This document shows, piece by piece, positions 27,909 through 37,123 of a DNA stretch of 64,000 nucleotides. Position numbers and translations under genes: made by a program. Origin of the DNA: Candidatus Thalassarchaeum sp. (GTDB taxonomy: Archaea > Thermoplasmatota > Poseidoniia > Poseidoniales > Thalassarchaeaceae); assembly GCA_045559735.1 (NCBI GenBank), contig JBJLJN010000014.1, positions 15,451 to 79,450 of the forward strand. Reading direction: 5' to 3'. Every line of letters starts with the position of its first letter. Positions within the stretch are counted from its first letter, which is position 1. Under the pieces are notes generated by a model, which saw only the letters and a program-made list of their open reading frames with translations, did no database searches and was not told where the DNA came from.

Positions 27909-30890
27909 ATGTCGGGCCAATCCAACGGAGAGTTCCACCCCCTCGTTTCGGGTCTGATTCAAGATCTCGGATGGAGTCTGACTCCGATTCAGCAGGAGTC
28001 ACTGAGCGGACTATTGGGAGGAGGTCACCGACTGTTGCTGGCTCCAACCGGCAGCGGCAAAACAGAGGCTGCTGTGCTACCACTGGTCTCAAGGGCCCTG
28101 TCAGAGAATTGGCCAGGCCTGTCAATCCTGTATATTACCCCACTCAGAGCCCTGAATCGCGATATCGACAGAAGGCTCGGGGTAATGCTCGAGCCTCTCG
28201 GCCTCAGTGTGGGGCTGCGTCATGGCGATACCCCACAGAGTGAGAGGACGCGCCAGTCTCGATCCCCACCGAACCTACTCGTGACTACTCCCGAGACTCT
28301 CCAGATAATGCTCCTAGGGAGTCGTCTCAGACAGCATCTCGCCGGAGTCCGGGCTATCATAATCGATGAGGTCCACGACCTTGCGGCATCCGAACGCGGA
28401 TCGCAACTGCTGGTCGGAATAGCGAGAGTAGAGGAGTATTGCAGAGAGCAGATTCAGCGGGTTGGCCTGTCTGCGACGGTCGGCAACCCCAAAGAGATGG
28501 CTAGATGGATGGACAGTGATGCTGAGCCTGTTCTCGGACCGGCTCCTCGGACGACGAAAATCGAGGTCCACAGGGAACGAGTACTACCCGAGGACGAGGT
28601 CATATCAGTGGAATGGTCGATCTCAGCGAGCTCTGTAGCAGCATTCAGATCTCTATCTCAAACTCTGCTTGAGGACTATCCCTCTCTGGTCTTCGTAAAC
28701 TCGAGAAGCGCGGCGGAGACAGTCGCGCAGAGACTATCTCAGCTCTCTCCCGAGCTGACCATAGGGGTGCATCATGGGAGTCTGGCGGCAGAGACCAGAC
28801 GCGAGATGGAGAATGCTCTGCGTGCAGACGAGCTGCACGCTTTGATCTGCACCAGCAGCTTGGAGCTTGGTATAGACATAGGAACGATTCGAAGAGTGCA
28901 CCAAATACAGAGTCCACGAGCTGTTGACAGAATGCTGCAGCGGCTCGGTAGGGCCGAGCATCACATGGGAGGCACGGGCCGAGGCCGGGTTCTGGCATGG
29001 GATACTGACGGTATCTCAGAGGCTGCTGTCATCGCCCGGAGGGCGATGGGAGGAGAAATCGAGGGTGTCGAATGGAGAACCAATCCAGGTATTGTTGTCG
29101 CTAACCAGCTTCTTCAGATGTCGATAGAGAGGGGGGTAGTTCCACTTGCGATGGCCACAGAGATTCTACAGAGATGTTCCATACTGACCAAATGGGAGCA
29201 CGGGTCAACCATGGCTGTTCTCAGGGTACTAGACGAGCGTTGGTTACTTCGGCTAATCGAGGATCCTTCCGACTCAGATGTTACCACTTGGACTTCAAAA
29301 CTGTGGAGGGAGCTTGCCTCTAGATGCGAGGGTGATGCTCCCTCCGAGCGCCCCTCATGGGAAGAGAAGATTGCTGATTCGGATAAGGAGAAGTGGCGGC
29401 GTCAGTTCCTGCAAGTCCTTCCTGAATCTCTCAAAGGGGGTTGGTTCTCGCCAGCGGGTAGACTAGGGAAAACTCGGAGCGATCACTTCTCGATGATCCC
29501 CGACGAGATGTCATACAGAGTCAGGGATGCCGTAACTCGCAGGGTATTGGGTTCAGTCGACGAGGCATTCGTGCTTTCTCTGGGAGATGACAGTGGAGAG
29601 TCTGTAGGAAGGGCGCGCAGATTCGTCATGGCTGGACGTACATGGGAGATAATCGATGCTGATCCAGAACAGGAGGAATTACTGGTGGCGCCTGTCAAGG
29701 AGAGCGGTGAGGCACCAATCTGGGCCGGTGAGCTGCCGCCTGTCCCTCACGAGATTGCCGAGGAGGTCGGTCGGCTGCGTAGGAGCGCAGCCATAGAAAT
29801 CGGAGCATTGCCCTCTAACGATGAATACGAGTCATTCTCCTCCTACCCCCTATCCGAGATTGCCGCAGAGACTCTTGTCACTAGTGTAGTAGAGCATCTA
29901 GATGCGACAGGGGTACTTCCTGATGATAGGACGATGACCGTTGAGGATAGAGACGGGACCATCGTACTGAACACCTGTCGCGGCTCAAAGATTAACGAGA
30001 CTCTGGCTCATTTCATCCAAGCCATGGGATCAATGCTGCAAGGTAAGATGGGGAGGGCTCTCGTGGATCCATACAGAATCTCCTTTCAGGTACCCGGGAT
30101 GACAGCCAGTAATGTGATTGAGTGGTTGCAGGAGACTCCTCCCAATGCCCTGCCTTCTATTCTGAGGATGACCATCCCGAATGGTTTGGCTGTCCGATGG
30201 AGGGTCGTACAAGTAGCCCGGAGAATGGGTGTCCTCTCAAAGGGGGTTGACCCTAGGAAGGTCAACCTTGAGGGCCTTATGGAGAGATATCGAGGCACTC
30301 CAGTAATCGAGGAATCGCTCGACAAACTGTTCCATGAGAGAATGGACATCGACTCCACTGTGGATGTGATGAGAGATATACAGAACGGTGAAGTCGATAT
30401 CTCTCACACCGCCTCCGGACCACTGGGAATGAGTCCCAAGGGAGAGCGTGACCTGCTGCTGCCATCGTGGTCAGACAAGGACCTCAGGGAGCGTCTCGAG
30501 ATTCGTCTCGTGAACGAGAGAGCGGTTCTAATCTGTCTCAATTGCAAGAGTAAGCGCCGCAGTCGAGTGGGCAGAATGGAAGAGAGATTGGAAGACTGCT
30601 CATCGTGTGGAGGTATGATGCAAGCCTGTGCCCCTGAGAGGATGGAATCGATGCTATCAGAGTGGGTCTCAAGCAGAGATACGACCATCAGGGGGAAGAT
30701 GGAAAAGAACGCGGAGTTGGTACGTAACCATGGCGTAGAGGCTGTGATGTGCCTGATGGGGCGAGGCATAGCAGAAGAGACAGCGACGCGAATAATGCGC
30801 GGACATGTGAAGGGAGAGAGGATTCGACTGCTGAGATCCATTCATAATGCCGAGTTGAAGTATGCACGGACGCGAAGGTACTGGTCGTGA
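27909..30890 (+). CDS. lhr: Lhr-like large superfamily-2 helicase with C-terminal zinc ribbon
   Basis: Walker A LLLAPTGSGKTEAA. TPLRALNRD. DEVH box. SAT. TSSLELGIDIG (motif VI region). 993 aa. C-terminal CLNCKSK...CSSCGG. Confidence 0.8.
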   Translation: MSGQSNGEFHPLVSGLIQDLGWSLTPIQQESLSGLLGGGHRLLLAPTGSGKTEAAVLPLVSRALSENWPGLSILYITPLRALNRDIDRRLGVMLEPLGLSVGLRHGDTPQSERTRQSRSPPNLLVTTPETLQIMLLGSRLRQHLAGVRAIIIDEVHDLAASERGSQLLVGIARVEEYCREQIQRVGLSATVGNPKEMARWMDSDAEPVLGPAPRTTKIEVHRERVLPEDEVISVEWSISASSVAAFRSLSQTLLEDYPSLVFVNSRSAAETVAQRLSQLSPELTIGVHHGSLAAETRREMENALRADELHALICTSSLELGIDIGTIRRVHQIQSPRAVDRMLQRLGRAEHHMGGTGRGRVLAWDTDGISEAAVIARRAMGGEIEGVEWRTNPGIVVANQLLQMSIERGVVPLAMATEILQRCSILTKWEHGSTMAVLRVLDERWLLRLIEDPSDSDVTTWTSKLWRELASRCEGDAPSERPSWEEKIADSDKEKWRRQFLQVLPESLKGGWFSPAGRLGKTRSDHFSMIPDEMSYRVRDAVTRRVLGSVDEAFVLSLGDDSGESVGRARRFVMAGRTWEIIDADPEQEELLVAPVKESGEAPIWAGELPPVPHEIAEEVGRLRRSAAIEIGALPSNDEYESFSSYPLSEIAAETLVTSVVEHLDATGVLPDDRTMTVEDRDGTIVLNTCRGSKINETLAHFIQAMGSMLQGKMGRALVDPYRISFQVPGMTASNVIEWLQETPPNALPSILRMTIPNGLAVRWRVVQVARRMGVLSKGVDPRKVNLEGLMERYRGTPVIEESLDKLFHERMDIDSTVDVMRDIQNGEVDISHTASGPLGMSPKGERDLLLPSWSDKDLRERLEIRLVNERAVLICLNCKSKRRSRVGRMEERLEDCSSCGGMMQACAPERMESMLSEWVSSRDTTIRGKMEKNAELVRNHGVEAVMCLMGRGIAEETATRIMRGHVKGERIRLLRSIHNAELKYARTRRYWS

Positions 30891-30926
30891 CGCAATACCT
30901 ATGCGCGGAGTTCTCACCGTCAGCCC

Positions 30927-31469
30927 GTGCTGATTGGGCTGACCGGGCGCTACGCCTCTGGGAAGACCACCGTATTGAACTGGCTTGAGGACAAGGGTTT
31001 CCTCGCAGTTTCCTGCTCGGATTCAATCCGTGCTTGGCTGGCCGAGGAAGGAATAGAAGAGAGCAGGGATTCGTTGATTGAAGGTGGAAGGGAGCTGCGT
31101 CGGAGAGGTGGTCCGGGAATCCTCGCAGAGATGCTTCTAGAGAGGCTTTCGGGCAGTGAAGCAGTTATCGATTCCATTCGTACTCCTGGAGAAGTAGAAG
31201 CACTTCGCTCTCGGGACGATTTTGTGTTGATTGAAGTCAGAGCGGGCCGAGACTCTCGCTGGGAGCGTTCTCAGGAGCGAGGTCGAACAGGAGATCCAGG
31301 CGACAAGAAGACTTTCATCGCTCAGGAGAAATCCGAGGAAGTGGCTTTCGATGAGGCAGGGCAGGCCCTGATTGCGACTGCCAAGATGGCTGATCTGGTG
31401 TTGTTCAACAACGGTTCGATTGAGGATTTGCACTCAGACTTGGAAGAGATGCTGGGGCAGCTGTCCTAA
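30927..31469 (+). CDS. P-loop kinase, dephospho-CoA kinase (CoaE)-like
   Basis: IGLTGRYASGKTT Walker A in the CoaE-like context (GLTG-x-SGK). 180 aa. Function not certain. Confidence 0.5.
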   Translation: MLIGLTGRYASGKTTVLNWLEDKGFLAVSCSDSIRAWLAEEGIEESRDSLIEGGRELRRRGGPGILAEMLLERLSGSEAVIDSIRTPGEVEALRSRDDFVLIEVRAGRDSRWERSQERGRTGDPGDKKTFIAQEKSEEVAFDEAGQALIATAKMADLVLFNNGSIEDLHSDLEEMLGQLS

Positions 31470-31903
31470 GCCTGCCTGACCTTGACTCCGGCTTCCTCCA
31501 TCATCGATGATGCCGTCGAGAAGTCGTCCTGCCATCTCTCTGGGATGTCGATTTCGTCCGGATAGACTACCTCAGAGACGCCTGCTTGGATGAGTGATCT
31601 GGTGCATCTCGAGCAGGGTGGCCATGTGACGTATGCAGTGTTGCCCTTGAGCGAAATCCCTGTTCTGGCCGCATGCATAATCGCGTTCTCCTCGGCGTGG
31701 CAGATGAGAGGGTACTTCTGATTCCTGTCTGAAAGTCTCTCCTCATCGTCCTCAATGCCACGTGGGAAGCCGTTGAATCCGGTTGAGCGAATCTCTCTGT
31801 CCTCGCCGACAACAACACAACCAACCTTTGTGGAAGGGTCCTTGCTCCAAGTGGAGATGTGCGCGGCTAGGTCGAGGAATCTCTTGTCCCACTTCTCGCT
31901 CAT
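31466..31903 (-). CDS. dCMP/cytidine deaminase family (ComEB-like)
   Basis: HAEENAI zinc-binding His/Glu motif. PCSRC motif. Confidence 0.85.
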   Translation of the reverse strand: MSEKWDKRFLDLAAHISTWSKDPSTKVGCVVVGEDREIRSTGFNGFPRGIEDDEERLSDRNQKYPLICHAEENAIMHAARTGISLKGNTAYVTWPPCSRCTRSLIQAGVSEVVYPDEIDIPERWQDDFSTASSMMEEAGVKVRQA

Positions 31904-31912
31904 GCTTACACC

Positions 31913-32245
31913 TCAGGGTCGGCCACCGGGTGGGTCGTTATCTCGGTTCGCCTCCGTCCTGCTAGGGTCGTAACCCTCCCAGACTGAGGGATTTGAGTAG
32001 CAGTCGGGATCATCCTCGTCTGCCTGTCCTCCCTTGTCATTGTCAATACCATCACCGCAGTTGCCCTCCGAAGCGGTCGATTTGGGTAGGATGCTGTCGA
32101 CTCCTCCACCTGAGACAAAGACAATCAGTAGACCCATGAGAACGACGGTGAGTCCGGCAAGAATAACTTTCGAAGCGGAGTCCTTGGACTCGACTACGAC
32201 TTTTACTTCGACCTTGTCATCGGACTTCTCAGTCATGCTACACAA
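31913..32245 (-). CDS. Small single-TM protein with Asp/Cys-rich extracytoplasmic tail
   Basis: TM VILAGLTVVLMGLLIVFV. Motif GNCGDGIDNDKGGQADEDDPDC. Confidence 0.3.
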   Translation of the reverse strand: MCSMTEKSDDKVEVKVVVESKDSASKVILAGLTVVLMGLLIVFVSGGGVDSILPKSTASEGNCGDGIDNDKGGQADEDDPDCYSNPSVWEGYDPSRTEANRDNDPPGGRP

Positions 32246-32275
32246 GAGTCACCGAAAGTCATCATACTTGGGTTC

Positions 32276-33649
32276 TTAGTGGACAGTCAAGACTTCCCAA
32301 AGGTCCCATCCGTGGATGTCTACCATGTATCTAAAGAGGTCTCCAACCAGATATACGCTGCCTATCACCATGAGATTACAGCCGTTGTCTGCTGCCATTC
32401 CTGTCGCCATTGAGAAGGCCTCCATAGGGTTCTCATGAGTGGCATCAGGCTCACTTATGCCCAAACTACTCATCGTCTCCTCCAACTCCTCAATCGTGAC
32501 TGCTCTGTTACGTCCACTGATTGGTTGGGTGAGCACTAAGCCTTGGAAGAGCGGGTTTGAGCGAAGCTCACTGGCAAGCGGGGCGAGAGTTTCACTCAGG
32601 TTGCTCTTGGCTGTCATACCGAGCATTAGCACGCATTTCTTGTCCACCTGAGACAGATCTTTAGCCAGACTCTCGGCATTGTGAGCAGCGCTGATTCGAG
32701 TCAAGATACCCTCAACCCAGTCTTGGCCGAAGTCGGGCGAGCGGCCCGGCCAGACGCATTTGGATGAACTTGATGACCATCCAAGGATTGCGGCTGCTTC
32801 CCTCACCATGGACGTATAGCCATCCCATGGAGTTGGGGCCTCATTTAACCACCATCTGAGGTCGGGACCTGCTATCTCTTCGATTGTTTTCCTCACCATC
32901 GCGTCCTCATGCGCCATAGCAATCATTGGGACTCCTGATCGATGGATAGATGCCTTCTCGAAGGCAATTTCCTGAAGAGAATCGCCAAGGAATTCGCTGT
33001 GCTCCATCGACACGGTAGTCAGGAAGCAAAGATCCGCATCAACAAGTCTAGTAGCATCGAGCCTTCCCCCCATCCCAGTCTCAATAATGCCCCTTTCCAC
33101 CCCAGCCTCACTGAAAGCCAGCATGGCTGCTATGAAGGTGGTCTCGAAGTATGTTGGGCTGCATTCAGGCTGCTGCTCTGAGACCTGTCGAACTTTAGCC
33201 AAATGCCTGTCGAAGTCATCTGGTGTAATCGGTCTTCCATTGATTCTGATGCGTTCCTCGACTGTTACGAGATGAGGTGAGGTGAACAAACCGGTCATCA
33301 GACCACTTGCAGATGCTGCAGCGGAGAGTTGGACGCATAGCGAACCTTTGCCATTGCTGCCTGCAACGTGGATGGAGGGGAATTCGAGGTGTGGGTCGCC
33401 CAATCTTGATAGTAGGATCTGGCAGTTCTCCAAGCCAAGTTTCATTCCCATCGCTATACGCGAATCTAGCCATTCTCGCGGGTCGATACTGATTCCACCT
33501 GCACTATTACTGCTGTGCGTGAACGGGTCAAGGTGATATGGCCCATGAAGTTCGTGGGAGCATGGATGGTGAGTCGGGGAGTATCTTGGAGCTGATGAGC
33601 CAACAGTGGGCTTCGATGTTGAGCATGGCTGGGATGTTTGTCGGGACAA
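32276..33649 (-). CDS. folC: Folylpolyglutamate synthase/dihydrofolate synthase
   Basis: P-loop HVAGSNGKGS, SPHL, ETGMGGRLDAT. The N-terminal roughly 50 aa of the track ORF (TTG-initiated) is probably not translated; an internal start is likelier. Confidence 0.8.
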   Translation of the reverse strand: MSRQTSQPCSTSKPTVGSSAPRYSPTHHPCSHELHGPYHLDPFTHSSNSAGGISIDPREWLDSRIAMGMKLGLENCQILLSRLGDPHLEFPSIHVAGSNGKGSLCVQLSAAASASGLMTGLFTSPHLVTVEERIRINGRPITPDDFDRHLAKVRQVSEQQPECSPTYFETTFIAAMLAFSEAGVERGIIETGMGGRLDATRLVDADLCFLTTVSMEHSEFLGDSLQEIAFEKASIHRSGVPMIAMAHEDAMVRKTIEEIAGPDLRWWLNEAPTPWDGYTSMVREAAAILGWSSSSSKCVWPGRSPDFGQDWVEGILTRISAAHNAESLAKDLSQVDKKCVLMLGMTAKSNLSETLAPLASELRSNPLFQGLVLTQPISGRNRAVTIEELEETMSSLGISEPDATHENPMEAFSMATGMAADNGCNLMVIGSVYLVGDLFRYMVDIHGWDLWEVLTVH

Positions 33650-34620
33650 TTCTACTGGGCCTCAGCATCCAGCCGCTATACGATATCCCTGAGGCGCGTG
33701 CATTTGGCGATGAAGGTGCATCGAAGGGTGGTTATGTCGCTATGGAGATGATTTTCATCCTGATCTTTACCGTAATCATAATCTGGCTCGCGCGCAAGGG
33801 GTTGGACTACATCATCAAAGGAATAGTGATTCTCGCCTTGGGGATGAGTCTGTTCTACATCCTGCTCCCTTACATCTCACTGTTTTACTATCTGCTTGGG
33901 ATTTATTCGCCTAATTTAGTGCTAGCATCAGCGATACTGGCCAGTATATCTCTGATGGTCCTGCTTGTGAAGTATCCCGAATGGTATGTGGTCAATACTG
34001 TAGGCGTCTTAGTAGGTGCTGGCGTAATCACTCTGATTGGAGTCTCATTCGTCCCCGTTCTGATTATCGCTTTCATGATAGCAGCAGCAATCTATGACCA
34101 CTGGGCGGTCAATAGCAGCAAGCACATGCTCGAACTTGCTGATACCATGATCAAGAACAAGCTACCCGTGCTTCTGGTGGCTCCGAAGGAAAGGGGATAT
34201 TCATTCATAGAAGAGGAAGACAGTGTGATGAGCAGCGAGATTCCCGAAGAGATGGACTGGGAAGATCCTGCTCCGAATACCAAGCCGAAGAAGGGGGGAA
34301 GAGATGCTTTGTTCATGGGCCTGGGAGATGTAATCTTCCCTGGCATGCTGGTAATCTCAGCGGTCTCATTTCTGCCAGAGACCGGAGCAGAGATCAGCAC
34401 CATCTGGGGAATTCCGATGTATGGAGATGCACTGGCAGTCGGCCTTGGCACTCTGTTTGGCGGATTGTGTGGATATGTTGCTCTCATGGCTCAAGTGGCG
34501 CGCGGACAGGCTCAGGCGGGGTTGCCACTGCTCAACGGGGGCAGCATTCTGGGCTACCTGATTTCGGGAATCATCTTCCTAGGTCCGGCCGCTCTGTGGC
34601 AGGACGTGTCTTTCCTGTGA
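33538..34620 (+). CDS. Presenilin/signal-peptide-peptidase-like intramembrane aspartyl protease (A22 family) homolog
   Basis: Polytopic. YD in AAAIYDHWAV. GxGD in FMGLGDVIFPG. PAL-like LGPAALW near the C-terminus. Confidence 0.6.
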   Translation: MAHEVRGSMDGESGSILELMSQQWASMLSMAGMFVGTILLGLSIQPLYDIPEARAFGDEGASKGGYVAMEMIFILIFTVIIIWLARKGLDYIIKGIVILALGMSLFYILLPYISLFYYLLGIYSPNLVLASAILASISLMVLLVKYPEWYVVNTVGVLVGAGVITLIGVSFVPVLIIAFMIAAAIYDHWAVNSSKHMLELADTMIKNKLPVLLVAPKERGYSFIEEEDSVMSSEIPEEMDWEDPAPNTKPKKGGRDALFMGLGDVIFPGMLVISAVSFLPETGAEISTIWGIPMYGDALAVGLGTLFGGLCGYVALMAQVARGQAQAGLPLLNGGSILGYLISGIIFLGPAALWQDVSFL

Positions 34621-34673
34621 CTAATCGTCCGATTGGTTGAAGGCTCGCTGACCGGCCCCTCAGGTTGGTCATA

Positions 34674-35954
34674 ATGCTAGACATCAGCATGTTCAGGGAG
34701 CACTCGGATGTCATCCGAGCCGACCATGACAGGCGTGGAATGAGTCACGAAGACATAGACGAGGTCATCAGGCTCGACGAGGAGTGGCGAAAGGCCAGAT
34801 ACGAAGTTGACCAACTGAGGAAGTCTCGGAACGATGCGGCTAGAGGAATCGCCGGGGCCAAAAAGTCGGGTGATTCTGAGGCTGCAGATAAAATTCTGGC
34901 AGAGGTCGCTAACATAGGCTCTCAGATAGACGAGTTGTCGGAACTCTCAGACGAATATCTCGCCAAGAGAGATATCCTGAGGATGAGCATCCCGAACATC
35001 CTGCACGATGCGGTACCTATCGGAGAAGATGATCAAAAGAACACCCTGCACAGCATGCACGGTGAGAAAATTGAACTCGGTTTCGAGCCTAAGAATCATA
35101 ACGACCTGATTGAGATGAACGATTGGGTCGACCAAGCCAGAGGAGCCAAGGTGGCAGGTAGTAGGTTCTACTTCCTCCAAGGTGACTTAGCTAGGCTCGA
35201 GATGGCTTTACAGCAATACGGCGCTGACTTCCTGATGCAGCGTGGATACACTCTCGTGCAACCACCACTGATGATGAACAGGGAGGCATATGAGGGAGTG
35301 ACCGACCTTGCAGACTTTGAGACCGTGATGTACGGGATAGAGCCTGACAAGTACTACCTCATCGCAACCAGTGAGCACCCGCTAACCGCTATGCGGATGG
35401 ACGAGATAATCGAGCCCAGTGAACTGCCAATCAAACTGGTCGGAGTCTCTGCCTGCTTCCGTCGTGAAGTCGGAGCACACGGACTTTCCGACAGGGGGAT
35501 TTGGAGGGTTCACCAGTTCACCAAAGTCGAGCAGATTGTCATTTCTCATCCTGATGACTCATGGGGCCATCACGAGGATTTGTTGACTAACGCTGTAGAC
35601 ATGTGGGACAGTCTTGGTTTGCATTATCGGGTGGTCAACATATGCACCGGCGACATGGGGACAGTGGCCGCTCGGAAATACGACCTAGAGGCCTGGCTTC
35701 CGGGAGCTGGGCAATACAAGGAGGTGGTCTCCTGCTCCAATTGCACCGACTATCAAGCCAATCGGCTTAGGATGAGATATCGCACATCAGAGGGTAACGA
35801 GGCCGTTCACACTCTGAACTCAACCGCAATCGCTACCAGTCGCGCTCTGGTTGCAATCATGGAGCAGAATCAGACCGAGGATGGTCGTGTGTCAATCCCC
35901 GAGATTCTTCGACCGTATATGGGAGGACAGGAGTTCCTCGAACCGCTTCACTGA
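34674..35954 (+). CDS. serS: Seryl-tRNA synthetase
   Basis: MLDISMFREHSD N-terminus with coiled-coil arm. Class II motifs FRRE..., GLHYRVVNICTGDMG, and TLNSTAIATSRALVAIME. Confidence 0.9.
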   Translation: MLDISMFREHSDVIRADHDRRGMSHEDIDEVIRLDEEWRKARYEVDQLRKSRNDAARGIAGAKKSGDSEAADKILAEVANIGSQIDELSELSDEYLAKRDILRMSIPNILHDAVPIGEDDQKNTLHSMHGEKIELGFEPKNHNDLIEMNDWVDQARGAKVAGSRFYFLQGDLARLEMALQQYGADFLMQRGYTLVQPPLMMNREAYEGVTDLADFETVMYGIEPDKYYLIATSEHPLTAMRMDEIIEPSELPIKLVGVSACFRREVGAHGLSDRGIWRVHQFTKVEQIVISHPDDSWGHHEDLLTNAVDMWDSLGLHYRVVNICTGDMGTVAARKYDLEAWLPGAGQYKEVVSCSNCTDYQANRLRMRYRTSEGNEAVHTLNSTAIATSRALVAIMEQNQTEDGRVSIPEILRPYMGGQEFLEPLH

Positions 35955-36535
35955 TCAGGTTCCTTCTTCTTCCGATTCATCCTTACCAGCAGGGCCACCA
36001 CTAGGATTACTACGAAGGCAGAGAGGACGGGGACCAGTATTGCAATCAGGGTCAGTGCGACGCTGGCTACATTCTCACCAGTAGCAACAGCTGAATTACC
36101 CAGCCCGAAGGTGAAAGTAGAACTCAGTCCTCTAGTTGCCACAGTGGCTGATTGGATGGTAGCGGAAACTCCTCCGCCAGCGACCACAGCTATGGCCCAT
36201 TGGATGATTGGGTCTGTTCCCTCAAGGACAATTGCTGTCATCGAGATTCCTGCGAGAATAGAGGCAGGGGTGGCCACGGTATCCAAGGCGTTGTCAATCC
36301 ATGGCACATAGTAGCCAGCAAATTCAGCTATGGTAGCTATACCAAGTATGATAATTGCGAGAGTAGAGGTGAAGAACTCGAACTGAGTACCGGCCAGATT
36401 GAGATCGAGGAACCAAATCAGGTCGAATCTGGCTACGATAGAAAGAAGGAAGGGAGGCAAGAATACCCTGAATCCAGATGCTGCTGATAGGCTGATTCCC
36501 ATAAGAATAGCCATCAGTACGGCGAAACCTTCCAT
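35948..36535 (-). CDS. Hypothetical polytopic membrane protein (possibly DUF4126-like)
   Basis: 195 aa, 5-6 hydrophobic segments, basic C-terminal tail RMNRKKKEPDQ. Confidence 0.35.
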   Translation of the reverse strand: MEGFAVLMAILMGISLSAASGFRVFLPPFLLSIVARFDLIWFLDLNLAGTQFEFFTSTLAIIILGIATIAEFAGYYVPWIDNALDTVATPASILAGISMTAIVLEGTDPIIQWAIAVVAGGGVSATIQSATVATRGLSSTFTFGLGNSAVATGENVASVALTLIAILVPVLSAFVVILVVALLVRMNRKKKEPDQ

Positions 36536-36614
36536 GGTGCTTCGATGTGGTCACCCTGTATTAATGAGACCGGGTTTCATCTATATTTGTTGCATAGAGT
36601 ACCCTTTGATTCAA

Positions 36615-37115
36615 CTAATCGCCCAACTCTACTAATGTCGCACCCATATCGACTCTGTCTCCTTCTGAGAAGTTGAGTACAACTACTTCGCCTGCCTTCG
36701 GTGCTTGGATGCGGTGCTCCATCTTCATCGCCTCCATCACCAACAGTGTCTGCCCCTCGCGAACTCTCTGTCCTGCCTTCACATGAATCTCGAGTATGGT
36801 GCCAGGCATCGGAGCTGTTAGACCACCTTCTCCTGACGAATCACCTGCACTACCTGGTTCGTGTCCTGTCACCACGTGGATTCTCCCATCGAGGTGAATC
36901 CACCAGTCATCTACCACCTTGGTGACATGAGCGATGTGTGCCGAGCCATCAATCTCGACAAGGAGTCGGTTTACCTGAGCATCTCGGGCGATGCTGATCT
37001 CTCCGTGTGTCTGCTCCTGCCCTTCGGCTGTGAATCCAGCTAAGTTCAGAGTACCCTCTGAATCGGATAGTTTGGCCGTATATCGAATGCTGGATTCTTT
37101 GATACTCCACTCCAT
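36615..37115 (-). CDS. Biotin carboxyl carrier protein (biotinyl domain)
   Basis: EAMKME biotinylation motif in a lipoyl/biotinyl fold near the C-terminus. Confidence 0.85.
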   Translation of the reverse strand: MEWSIKESSIRYTAKLSDSEGTLNLAGFTAEGQEQTHGEISIARDAQVNRLLVEIDGSAHIAHVTKVVDDWWIHLDGRIHVVTGHEPGSAGDSSGEGGLTAPMPGTILEIHVKAGQRVREGQTLLVMEAMKMEHRIQAPKAGEVVVLNFSEGDRVDMGATLVELGD

Positions 37116-37123
37116 CCTATCAC

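Noticed and set aside
31466-31469. 4-nt overlap between the CoaE-like kinase (+) and dCMP deaminase (-) as evidence of a functional unit
   Set aside because: The genes are convergent (tail-to-tail), so the overlap only reflects compact 3' ends and not co-transcription.
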